A stretch of 29,000 nucleotides of DNA from Promethearchaeati archaeon (GTDB taxonomy: Archaea; Asgardarchaeota; Heimdallarchaeia; JABLTI01): NCBI GenBank assembly GCA_013166835.1, contig JABLTI010000026.1, positions 1 through 29,000 of the forward strand, in the 5' to 3' direction. Positions 1 to 8,893 of the stretch are shown here, piece after piece (position 1 is the first letter of the stretch; each line of letters begins with the position of its first letter). The notes beneath the pieces are model-generated. The model ran no database searches and was not told where the DNA came from. It saw nothing but the letters and a program-made list of their open reading frames with translations. The position numbers and the translations under genes were made by a program.

Positions 1-519
1 GATCATTGAATTGCTTCCAAAAGGTGAAGATTTTTGTATGATTTCAGCAGCGAGATCACTATCAACAACTCGGAGATTTTCACCTTCAATAATATTGTTA
101 AAAGGTAATTTCTCATCTGGGAATTCAAGAATTGAATCGAAATACTTTGCTTGATCATATCCTCTCCAAATTACACTACTTAAACCAAAGTATATTGGCC
201 CGATAAGTATGAGTGCTCCAATTGCTAATGCAGCAATTTTTTCTGGGGAACGCCCTAATCGACCAAAACTTCTGGAGAATAATCGAAGCAAAGCAATAAT
301 ACCTACACCAGCGATAAGCAGACCAATAAGAACAATTGATCCCCATGTTGGCATAATATACCAAAATTGCAACAGAGAGACAAGAAAACCAGCAAGAAAT
401 GCTCCCCCGCCAACAATGCCTGTTCCAAGATTGAATTCACCTTTAGCTAACCAAACAACTACTGTTGCTAAAACACCAAAAATTGCTCCCATTACAAGTG
501 CGGCTACAAAGATAAGCAT
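1..519 (-). CDS. Hypothetical membrane protein, partial (runs off left edge)
   Basis: Not in the ORF track. Manual translation from ATG 519 (in-frame TAA two codons upstream) is open to position 1: MLIFVAALVMGAIFGVLATVVVWLAKG... with about 4 hydrophobic segments, then a soluble region (WRGYDQAKYFDS...LRVVDSDLA). Confidence 0.8.
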   Translation of the reverse strand, partial: MLIFVAALVMGAIFGVLATVVVWLAKGEFNLGTGIVGGGAFLAGFLVSLLQFWYIMPTWGSIVLIGLLIAGVGIIALLRLFSRSFGRLGRSPEKIAALAIGALILIGPIYFGLSSVIWRGYDQAKYFDSILEFPDEKLPFNNIIEGENLRVVDSDLAAEIIQKSSPFGSNSMI

Positions 520-617
520 TTTTTATCATTCATCCAAATTTAACATATATTTCTAAATATAATTGTTTTAGTTACACCAAATTCATATACTTTTTTGAAT
601 AACAATTAAAGACTTGG

Positions 618-2399
618 CTAGTAGACACTTACTTTTTTCTCTTCTTTCAATAAAGTCCTGCCAATCCTATTCATTAAAACAAATTCCAACATGTTTGAAC
701 CTGTTCTATCAAGTTTTATAGCTGGTTTGAATTTTAGATGTTCATTTGGTGAAATTTTCACTCCTTGAATTGAGAGCAGCTTATTTATCCCATCTTCAAT
801 TCTTCTGATTTCAAAGCAACCATTATAAATAGATTTCGAATTATTGCTTATTGTAATTACTTGATTCTTCATCGTTCCAGCCTTCATTACATCTGGGACG
901 GATAAATCAAAAGATAATTGTTTTCTAGTCTTGTTCTTATTAGTTAAATCGATCCTTGTTTTCTTTATTGGAATTGTTTTTGCTGGTATTTTTACAATGT
1001 CTGATCCCATAATCTCGATTGGTTTTTTATGAGTTGTATCTGAGAGAATTTTAACCTTAGTGGAATCCAGCATTTGAGGTTCAAGTATCTTAATAGTTTT
1101 AGTGCTAGTTGCATCAAATGGTTCTTTTTTCTTAAATGTTAATCCATGTTCAAAGATGATTTTCCAATCAATATTTACATCAAGCTTCTGTGTTTGCTCC
1201 ATAATTTGATATCTGTAAGAAACTTCTTTGGCTATTGTGTCTCCCATCCAGTTTCCACGAGTAACGATAATGGTATTTGGTAAAGAGCCAAGAAAAATAT
1301 CATTTCCATTTTGACCGGTCACGTCTATTGGAATCCATCTTCCCGCAACAAGAAATTCTGCAGTTGCATGTCTTTCCCAATTCTGAGCTAAGGCAAATCC
1401 TGCATTTGTTCTTGCAGGGATTCCTGCAGCTCTACAAAGAGCTACGAACAAAGCAGCATATTCTGTGCAATCACCTTCTCCTTTCTCGATCGCATAAGCA
1501 GCCCCGTATTCGTCCGGTTGAATTTTGTATTTTATTTTTCGATTAACAACTTTAGCAGCTTTTTTTGCAAATGATATTGGGTCCTTATTACTTATTTTTG
1601 AAGCAAGTTCTACTATTTTCGAATGATTACTCTCAATGTGCGGTTCTGGACTTAGATACTTTTTCAGAAATTGTTTTTTATAAGGATTTATCTTATAGTT
1701 TTCAGGAATAGATTTTGAAATGATCAGAGGTTGACAATCTGCAAGTGCTGAGAAACTCATAATATGTTCTGCTTGTGGGTCAATTCTTGGTAATTCATAA
1801 TGAATCCAGTGGTTTCCTTCGACATCAGTAGAATCCTTGAGGTTATTTGGGAACGTTTTCAAGTCCTTTATGATTTGTTGTGGGAGAATTGTTATAGGAA
1901 GCGCTACAAAGGCAGAAAAATTTCCAATGGTTTTAGTTGTAGGATTCTTAACTTTGATTTGATAATGAATACGCCATTTTGGAGAAATTGTCTTTGCTGT
2001 AAGATAGGTTTGTAATTTATTTACAGCTGTAACGTTGAAATAGTTCGTACAAACAATCTTATTTCGTGTATCTAGCACATTTGCTTGATAAGAACCGCAA
2101 ATCCAATTTTCAGGAATGATAACATCAAAGTAAACTAACTTAGAAGGATCAATTTCGTGCAAATCTCCTGATACTACTCTTTTTTCCAATGGACTAAGAA
2201 TTTCAATTATACCAGCTTTTACTTTTTGAGCATCGGTTTCGTCTGGATTAATAACTAATCGTAGTTTTTCACCATTTTTTATTGAGTTATGAGATTTTAA
2301 TGGAATGTCTCCTACTTCTGTACTTTGAAAAGAATTAATCAGCACGTTAATGTCCTCGGTTTCTTCACTTCTTTTCTTTCGTTTGTTTCTTACTGTCAA
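618..2399 (-). CDS. Transglutaminase-like (Cys-His-Asp) domain protein, cytoplasmic, multi-domain
   Basis: GDCTEYAALFVALCRAAGIPAR ... HATAEF ... WIPIDVT gives the transglutaminase-like catalytic triad. No signal peptide. Linker with repeated IKIL-type motifs, then a beta-rich C-terminal domain. Confidence 0.88.
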   Translation of the reverse strand: MTVRNKRKKRSEETEDINVLINSFQSTEVGDIPLKSHNSIKNGEKLRLVINPDETDAQKVKAGIIEILSPLEKRVVSGDLHEIDPSKLVYFDVIIPENWICGSYQANVLDTRNKIVCTNYFNVTAVNKLQTYLTAKTISPKWRIHYQIKVKNPTTKTIGNFSAFVALPITILPQQIIKDLKTFPNNLKDSTDVEGNHWIHYELPRIDPQAEHIMSFSALADCQPLIISKSIPENYKINPYKKQFLKKYLSPEPHIESNHSKIVELASKISNKDPISFAKKAAKVVNRKIKYKIQPDEYGAAYAIEKGEGDCTEYAALFVALCRAAGIPARTNAGFALAQNWERHATAEFLVAGRWIPIDVTGQNGNDIFLGSLPNTIIVTRGNWMGDTIAKEVSYRYQIMEQTQKLDVNIDWKIIFEHGLTFKKKEPFDATSTKTIKILEPQMLDSTKVKILSDTTHKKPIEIMGSDIVKIPAKTIPIKKTRIDLTNKNKTRKQLSFDLSVPDVMKAGTMKNQVITISNNSKSIYNGCFEIRRIEDGINKLLSIQGVKISPNEHLKFKPAIKLDRTGSNMLEFVLMNRIGRTLLKEEKKVSVY

Positions 2400-2721
2400 G
2401 TATTTTAATCCCTTTCTTAGGGAGGATCTTTACTGTTGGTTTCTCATCTTCTTTTACTATGTTTTGAGCTGTTGTTTGTACTGGTTTTGGTGGGAGAATT
2501 TTGATGAATTTCAATTCATGTTCTTTCACACCTAATAGTCTTGCAGCAGGACATAAGTCATAATCTTTTACAGCTTGTTTGCAATCAGGACAGAAATATG
2601 CTTGACATTCAGAACAGATGAATAATTCTTTGTAACTACGTGTTCCTGTTGCCAGTTGCTTATTGCAGAGAATGCAAGGTATTTTTTCCGTTCTGAGATT
2701 TACCACTACGACTACAACCAT
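2365..2721 (-). CDS. RING-like Cys-rich zinc-finger protein with low-complexity tail
   Basis: CILC...CSECQAYFCPDC...CP...H pattern. Overlaps the transglutaminase ORF start and resembles 15918..16403. Confidence 0.7.
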   Translation of the reverse strand: MVVVVVVNLRTEKIPCILCNKQLATGTRSYKELFICSECQAYFCPDCKQAVKDYDLCPAARLLGVKEHELKFIKILPPKPVQTTAQNIVKEDEKPTVKILPKKGIKILDSKKQTKEKK

Positions 2722-2826
2722 TCACTCATCTTTTCTTCGTAAAATATAGTTTTAATTACTGTTAATAATCTTGGTAATATTTAGTTGTTTTTTCACTAAT
2801 ATTAAGTTACCAAATAAAAGGAGATA

Positions 2827-2843
2827 TTGGGGGAGGTCCCCAA
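2827..2843 (-). terminator. Small GC-rich hairpin downstream of hisS
   Basis: TTGGGG-gaggt-CCCCAA inverted repeat about 10 nt after the hisS stop codon. Confidence 0.35.
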
Positions 2844-2852
2844 AAATATTCT

Positions 2853-4349
2853 TTACTTCTTTATTCGTTTGACTAATATACTAACGATTTTCTTAAGAGG
2901 AACGACTTCCTGATCTCCGGTAATAATGTTTCTTAGTGTTACTGCATCATTTGCTAAATCCTTGTTTCCAACAATTATCATCCATTCGACATTGCGTTTC
3001 TCTGCATTTTCGAAATGTCTTCTTAGTTTCCAATCAAATGGATTGAATATTGTTTTCAGTCCTTTAGCTCGTAGTTGATCTGATAGTTTTGTGATTATTG
3101 ATAAGTTTTCAAGTTTTATCGGAGCAATATAGACATCACAGATTTCTTGCTGGGGATATTTTACCTTGAATTCATCCATTAATTCCATGAGAACCGTTTC
3201 ACCGAAACCAAAACCTGTTCCTGTTAATGGTTGACCACCAAGCATAGCTACTAAATCTGCATATCGTCCTCCACCTGCTATGGCTCGTGGAAGAACTCCT
3301 TCTCTGCTCCATGCTTCAAAAACAATACCGGTATAATAATCCAAACCGCGTGCAAGACTACCATCATAGAGGACGTAATCAGTTATTCCAAAATTATCCA
3401 ATAACTTTGCGAGTTCTTCGAGATTCTTAAGTAAGTCATTTATATTTTCTAGTTTTGCTAGTTCCTTTACTTTCTTCAAGAATTTCTTTGGAGTATCCTT
3501 AATTTCTGATAGACTAAATAGAATATCAATTTGATCTTTATCCATCGTTAGTTCTTTCAATGCATCTTTAAATGAACTCTCAATAAAGAAAGAAATGTTG
3601 TCTATTATTTCTTCAATTACTTTTGTTTGTGGTATTAATTTGTAGATAGTATTCAACGAGGTTATATTTTGTCTAATCTTTAATGCTATATCGCTTGCTT
3701 GTTCCTCTGGAAACTTGCTTTTTATTTTCTTGAAGATGGATTCTTGTAACAACTTACCTTTTCTATCGAAAACTCGAAATACTGAAAGATAATCTGTTAC
3801 TCCTATTGATTCCATGAATTGTTGCATGAAACTTCTATCATTAATTAATACAACAAATTGTTTCTTGGATAATCCACATTCAGCAATTATTTTCGCAAGA
3901 ATTGTAATTATTTCTGCATCTGCATAAATTTCATCCATTCCGAGTATATCGATATTATACTGCCAGAATTCTTTGACTCTTCCTCTTTGAAGCGTTTCAT
4001 CTCTGTAGCACCGAGGTATACAGAACCATCTGATGGGTTTCGTATAGTACTGTTGTCGTTCTGCAAGCATTCTTGTAAGAGTTGGTGTTAATTCAGGAAT
4101 CAATACCAACTTCTGCCCACTTCTACTTGTAATTTTGAAAGTTTCTCCAACGAGCTCATCGCCTGATTTTAGTTCATATAATTTTCGCAGTTCTACTGCT
4201 GGAGTCTGATATTCCACATAACCAAATTCACGTGAAATGCGTCTCATTGTGCCTAGTACAAAGTCAACTTTTGCATATTCTTCTGGAAAGAAATCTCTGA
4301 AACCAGAGGGTTTTCCTATCTTTACTTTTTTTGTTTCTTCTTCAGTCAT
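2853..4349 (-). CDS. hisS: Histidyl-tRNA synthetase
   Basis: PSGFRDFFP, PELTPTLTR, motif 2 YRDETLQRGRVKEFWQ, ARGLDYYTG, AGGGRY, C-terminal anticodon-binding domain. ATG 4349 preferred over GTG 4358 because GAGGTG there looks like a ribosome-binding site. Confidence 0.97.
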   Translation of the reverse strand: MTEEETKKVKIGKPSGFRDFFPEEYAKVDFVLGTMRRISREFGYVEYQTPAVELRKLYELKSGDELVGETFKITSRSGQKLVLIPELTPTLTRMLAERQQYYTKPIRWFCIPRCYRDETLQRGRVKEFWQYNIDILGMDEIYADAEIITILAKIIAECGLSKKQFVVLINDRSFMQQFMESIGVTDYLSVFRVFDRKGKLLQESIFKKIKSKFPEEQASDIALKIRQNITSLNTIYKLIPQTKVIEEIIDNISFFIESSFKDALKELTMDKDQIDILFSLSEIKDTPKKFLKKVKELAKLENINDLLKNLEELAKLLDNFGITDYVLYDGSLARGLDYYTGIVFEAWSREGVLPRAIAGGGRYADLVAMLGGQPLTGTGFGFGETVLMELMDEFKVKYPQQEICDVYIAPIKLENLSIITKLSDQLRAKGLKTIFNPFDWKLRRHFENAEKRNVEWMIIVGNKDLANDAVTLRNIITGDQEVVPLKKIVSILVKRIKK

Positions 4350-4615
4350 TTGAGACACCTCAAAATTACTTGCATTATTCTATTCTTTTTCCTTTGAGAT
4401 TCAAAAAATTTCCTCAAAAGAAATGGCTTAGAAGTGGGATTTAACCTATTATAAAATAGACTTATTGCATATTTTCTTTTAGTGAACATTATCCCACATT
4501 ATGAGTTACACCTAGAAAGAAAGCAAAGACAACAATATTTAATGTTTTCTATGAAAAGTCATTCAACTAAGAATCTAGTGGATTATAATCCCATAACGTT
4601 ATGTTTTATTAGGAG

Positions 4616-5149
4616 ATGATTTCTTATTTACATATTATGAGTAAACGAACTACAAGTTCTAGATTTTTCATTATTGCGGCTTTCATAGTGTTATTGTTTT
4701 TTGGTGGGTTTTCATTATTTGGTTATTTTGCGGGAAGTATGTTTATGTTTTACTTCATACTTGGATTCGCAGTTCTATCTTTTGTTATGATAATGTTATT
4801 TGCATTAATTATGAGAAAGAAGGGTATACAAGATTGGGATAAAGACAAAGATGAAATTCACTCAAAATTAGCTACTTATACTCCAGAAAAAACAAGCGAT
4901 GAATACAAAGAGTTTGTACAACCACGAGTCCAATCCTCATCTGGCAGATACCGTATTGATGCATATGTGATCACAAATCCACCATCCAACGAATTGTGCA
5001 GAATATCAAAACTACCACTTAGAACTGATCAGGATGTTTTGCAGTGTCCCTCTTGTGAATCATATTTCATTAAGAATTATTTGGAAGATTGGCTTCGAGA
5101 AAATGATGTTTGCCCCGTTTGTAAATTCAAACTCAAAATCATTGTTTAA
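4616..5149 (+). CDS. Membrane-anchored degenerate RING-finger protein (putative E3-like)
   Basis: Two N-terminal hydrophobic helices. C-terminal CRIS...CPSC..F....L..WL....CPVC RING-like spacing. Start may be ATG 4637. Confidence 0.72.
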   Translation: MISYLHIMSKRTTSSRFFIIAAFIVLLFFGGFSLFGYFAGSMFMFYFILGFAVLSFVMIMLFALIMRKKGIQDWDKDKDEIHSKLATYTPEKTSDEYKEFVQPRVQSSSGRYRIDAYVITNPPSNELCRISKLPLRTDQDVLQCPSCESYFIKNYLEDWLRENDVCPVCKFKLKIIV

Positions 5150-5171
5150 TTTAATTAAAAAAACAGAAAAA

Positions 5172-5190
5172 GAATGGGAGATTCCCATTC
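5172..5190. terminator. Hairpin between convergent genes, T-tract on the minus strand (likely hutH terminator)
   Basis: GAATGGGA-gat-TCCCATTC 8-bp stem, followed on the minus strand by TTTTTCTGTTTTTTT. Confidence 0.55.
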
Positions 5191-5197
5191 AATAAGC

Positions 5198-6721
5198 TTA
5201 ATTTAAGCTGCCAACTTCTTTTTCGACTTCTTCAAGGATCTCGCAAGATTTAACAAGTGCTTTCATTGTGTTATGATCATCGAATAAAGGTCGGTCTTCA
5301 TCAAGGAATTCAACATGTCTTCGAATAACTTCTTTTGCTTTAGTAACTCCATCACCGAACTTGAATTCTCTGAAATCTAGAGCTTGAGCAGCAGCCATAA
5401 ATTCGATGCCTAAAACACCATAGGCATTATCCATGATTTGATTATTCTTCAATGCAGTGTTCATACCCATTGAGACAAAATCCTCTTGATCAGCAGCAGC
5501 TGGAATAGACATAATGCTTGCAGGCATGGATAAGATTCGCATTTCTACGATTTGCATGTCAGCAGCATATTGACTTAACATAAGACCTGACATTAAACCT
5601 GCACCCTTTGTTAGGAAAGGTGGTAAGCCAATACTTAGAGCTGGATGATTTAATCTGTTCATACGTCTTTCAGACATGACACAAACCATAGTAATAGCAG
5701 CACCAGCCATATCCATTGGTAAACAAACTGGAGTTCCTTGGAAATTAGCACCAGTTAACTGTAACTTTTCTTTGGTGAAGAAGACAGGATTATCACCTAC
5801 ACCATTAAGCTCAATTTCTACTTGTGATCGAGCCCAAGCAAGTGCATCATGAGCAGCACCAATAACTTGAGGAGCAGAACGCATTGAGTAAGCATCTTGA
5901 ACTTTTACTTTCAATTTGCCTTCAAACAAGTCTCCACCTTTGAAAAGCTTAGAAAGTGCTGTTGAGCTTCTAATTGCTCCAGCGAAACCTCTAATCTTGT
6001 GCAGTTTAGGAGTATAAGGTTTCATGTTGCCCATTAAAGCTTCAATCGACATTGCGCAAGCAATTTCAGCTTGCTTCAGGAAATTTAAAGCATCATAAAG
6101 CCAAAGAGCACTCATACCTGTAAGGAAATTGGAACCATTAATTGCTGCTAAACCATCCCTAGGTTGCAAGCCAGGAATTTTAATGCCTGCTTTATCCATG
6201 GCTTCTTTACCAGGTATTAATTTACCTTTATAATAGGCTCGTCCTTCACCCAAAAGTAGTAAAGCAATTTGTGACATAGAGCACAAGTCTCCAGAAGCAC
6301 CAACAGAACCTTTTTCCATTACTTCCGGAGTAACTCCTTTATTTAGCATCTCAACTAATGTTTCAGCAATAATCACTCTATTACCAGAATAACCTTGTGT
6401 AAGAACATTAAGGCGACCTAACATAGCAGCACGAACATGTTCAATAGGGGCTGCATCGCCAATGCCTGCAGCATGATTGTAAATTAAGTATTTCTGGAAT
6501 AGCAAGGTTTCCTCTTCATTGAAGAATGTTTCCGAGAATTCTCCAATCCCTGTAGTTATTCCATACATTACCTCTCTTGCTTTTATTTTCTCTTCAAGCA
6601 TATCTCTGCATGCTTGCATCTTTTTTATTGCATCTGGATGCAATTCCACTTTCTCGTTATGACGTGCGACTTTAACAACATCTTCGATTGTTAGTCCTTC
6701 ACCAGTAATCACATATGTCAT
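5198..6721 (-). CDS. hutH: Histidine/aromatic amino acid ammonia-lyase (MIO enzyme), copy 1
   Basis: YGITTGIG, GSVGASGDL (MIO Ala-Ser-Gly), VQDAYSMR, DNP, GANFQG, QEDFVSMG. ATG 6721 with upstream AGAGG preferred to TTG 6754. NH and FQG/QEDF variants leave the substrate less certain. Confidence 0.85.
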   Translation of the reverse strand: MTYVITGEGLTIEDVVKVARHNEKVELHPDAIKKMQACRDMLEEKIKAREVMYGITTGIGEFSETFFNEEETLLFQKYLIYNHAAGIGDAAPIEHVRAAMLGRLNVLTQGYSGNRVIIAETLVEMLNKGVTPEVMEKGSVGASGDLCSMSQIALLLLGEGRAYYKGKLIPGKEAMDKAGIKIPGLQPRDGLAAINGSNFLTGMSALWLYDALNFLKQAEIACAMSIEALMGNMKPYTPKLHKIRGFAGAIRSSTALSKLFKGGDLFEGKLKVKVQDAYSMRSAPQVIGAAHDALAWARSQVEIELNGVGDNPVFFTKEKLQLTGANFQGTPVCLPMDMAGAAITMVCVMSERRMNRLNHPALSIGLPPFLTKGAGLMSGLMLSQYAADMQIVEMRILSMPASIMSIPAAADQEDFVSMGMNTALKNNQIMDNAYGVLGIEFMAAAQALDFREFKFGDGVTKAKEVIRRHVEFLDEDRPLFDDHNTMKALVKSCEILEEVEKEVGSLN

Positions 6722-6896
6722 ATTTCTGCCTCTTAAATGAATAACTAGCTTCAATAATATATCAGTTTAAAATTTTTGTCTAATATTACGATAAATGAAG
6801 TAGTTTGCAGTAAGTAAATAGTACTTCTTGTTGGTATTATTTTAATTAAATTAGACTAGGAAATATACTTAATAGTCAATTTTAGAAAACTCGATT

Positions 6897-7478
6897 ATGA
6901 ATAAAAAAAGTGCTTATTTATTCCTCTATGATCAGTTTGCAGATTTTGAAGTTATTCAAGCATTATTGCTCCTAAGAGATAATTATAATCTTACAACAGT
7001 TGGTTTTCAGAAAGGACTAGTTGACTCATTTTCCAATTTGAGAGTAGAAGCTTCAATGACTATTGAAGATATCGATGCTGCTAATGTGGATGTTTTCATT
7101 ATTCCTGGTGGAGAGCCAAAAGATTTCATTAGAAATGATAAATATTCCAAGAAAATCCAGAGTCTTAATGACAAGCTTATTGCCTTAGCTAAATCAGGAA
7201 AAATTATTGCTGCAATTTGTGGAGGTCCTACTTTTCTAGCAAATGCAGGAATTCTAGATGGAAATAATTGTACGGCTTCTATTGATAACGAAGGAGAGGA
7301 AAAATTCTACGAAAAAAGTACTTTCAAAGATTCTGATTATGTTCTCGATAAGAATATTCTAACTGCAAAAGGCCATGCATTTACTGATTTTGCTGTTCAA
7401 TTAGCTAAATTATGTGGTGTCCTGAAAACAGATGAGGAAGTAGAGCAAACAAGAAATTGGTTGCGAAATGTTGAATAG
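6897..7478 (+). CDS. DJ-1/PfpI family protein
   Basis: FADFE, IIPGG, nucleophile elbow AAICGGP, LANAGILDG, ILTAKG. Confidence 0.92.
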   Translation: MNKKSAYLFLYDQFADFEVIQALLLLRDNYNLTTVGFQKGLVDSFSNLRVEASMTIEDIDAANVDVFIIPGGEPKDFIRNDKYSKKIQSLNDKLIALAKSGKIIAAICGGPTFLANAGILDGNNCTASIDNEGEEKFYEKSTFKDSDYVLDKNILTAKGHAFTDFAVQLAKLCGVLKTDEEVEQTRNWLRNVE

Positions 7479-7524
7479 AAAAAGAAAAGTAGGAGCGTAG
7501 GTGCTCTCTGAAGGAATAATAGTC

Positions 7525-8118
7525 TCACTTACTATTCAATCGTTTTAAATAAGAATCCCAAAAGAGCACATTCCGAAGGATTTTATTTCCATGCTCCAAG
7601 GTATGTTGAATGGATTTTGTTATAATGAATTCTATAGTAACATTACCCCAATTAGTGTTTGATCGTTTCTCTGTCCATTGAGCTTCAGTGATTTTATTTA
7701 GTATGTCAATCTGTTTCTTACGAACTAGATGAAATCTATCGAGTAGAGTTTGAAGGGAAAGTTCATTCATCAATGCATCTTGATATGCTGCTTTCTCTCC
7801 ACCACATCTACGTTTCATTTGTTCCGATTCTTCTAACCACAAAGTCAAATTTGGCAAAGCTGCAGACTCCTCATAATGTAATAAATGAAATAAAATATGA
7901 TAGGCAGACCAAGAACCGAAATATCTTTTCACATCTTCCGATGCGTTTGGATGAGTGCTATGGGGTGGTTCCTCTAATAGTCGTTCATCAGGTACTGATT
8001 TCATTGCCCATTCAATAATCTTAGCAGTTTCTCCTAATTGTCTTGCTAAAAGATCCTTAGAATTTTCTTTAGATATTTTTGTTGGACACGGATTTTTAGT
8101 TTTCTCTACTTGAGTCAT
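7525..8118 (-). CDS. DinB/YfiT-like four-helix-bundle protein
   Basis: WSAYHILFHLLHYEE and QHTLEHG metal-binding His pattern typical of the DinB superfamily. Confidence 0.8.
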   Translation of the reverse strand: MTQVEKTKNPCPTKISKENSKDLLARQLGETAKIIEWAMKSVPDERLLEEPPHSTHPNASEDVKRYFGSWSAYHILFHLLHYEESAALPNLTLWLEESEQMKRRCGGEKAAYQDALMNELSLQTLLDRFHLVRKKQIDILNKITEAQWTEKRSNTNWGNVTIEFIITKSIQHTLEHGNKILRNVLFWDSYLKRLNSK

Positions 8119-8221
8119 AATTAAAACCTATAGTATATGAAAAAAAATTCATATAAAAGAATATTCACATATCTATAATTATTCAGATGTATTTAAGACA
8201 AAAAAAAATGAATAAAGAAAA

Positions 8222-8295
8222 TGGTGCCAGGAGAGAGAATTGAACTCTCGGCTAAGCATCCACAGTGCCTAATGTTACCATTACACCATCCCGGC
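8222..8295 (-). tRNA. trnH: tRNA-His (GUG), CCA encoded, no intron
   Basis: GCCGGGA TG GTGT AATGGTA ACAT T AGGCA CTGTGGA TGCTT AGCC GAGAG TTCAATT CTCTC TCCTGGC A CCA folds as a cloverleaf with anticodon GTG. Confidence 0.97.
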
Positions 8296-8437
8296 AATGC
8301 TATTAGTTGTTGCAAATCTTAACTGGTTAATAAAATTTATTGAAGATATTTATATTCAGTCTATGGACCTGTAGAGAGTAAAAAATAGCGATAGAATATA
8401 TAGGGCTACTGTAATATTATAACTTAGAGCGAGACAA

Positions 8438-8794
8438 ATGAAATTTTCAGAGTTAGAAAATAAACTAATTGTAGATATTAATAGTAAAAAATTAGGGACG
8501 ATTATACGTGTAGATGTCCATTCTTCATTGGATAAAGAAGAAGCGATATTTCTAGCGATAATCAAAATTCATCATTTTTTCAGAAGAGATCATTACTTTC
8601 CGATGCCAGTTAATGCACCTATTCTAACACAAGTTGAACAGAATACCCTGCGTTTAGATATGACTAAGAAGGAATTTGCAATGATAGTTCAGCAATATGA
8701 TACTGAGCGAAAGCTCAAAGTAAAAAAGGCAGATTTAGCAAAAGCTTCTGATCACGATAAAGCCATAGCCCTTTCTGCTTGGTCTAGGTTTTAA
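8438..8794 (+). CDS. PRC-barrel domain protein
   Basis: MKFSELENKLIVDINSKKLGTIIRV matches the PRC-barrel N-terminal pattern. Confidence 0.65.
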   Translation: MKFSELENKLIVDINSKKLGTIIRVDVHSSLDKEEAIFLAIIKIHHFFRRDHYFPMPVNAPILTQVEQNTLRLDMTKKEFAMIVQQYDTERKLKVKKADLAKASDHDKAIALSAWSRF

Positions 8795-8893
8795 TCCATT
8801 CAAGAATTTTCCTATTTTCTCCTATGATAGATTTTTGTTTTTTACCCAGACACTTATATTTTTAGATTGTAATTATCAAATAGCATACTGAGG

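Noticed and set aside
176-556. ORF-track entries 176..364 (-) and 209..556 (+)
   Set aside because: Shadow ORFs of the real partial membrane-protein gene at 1..519 (-).
8222-8295. tRNA-His as integration site of an island carrying the operon
   Set aside because: No integrase, no repeated tRNA 3' end spotted and no obvious compositional shift.
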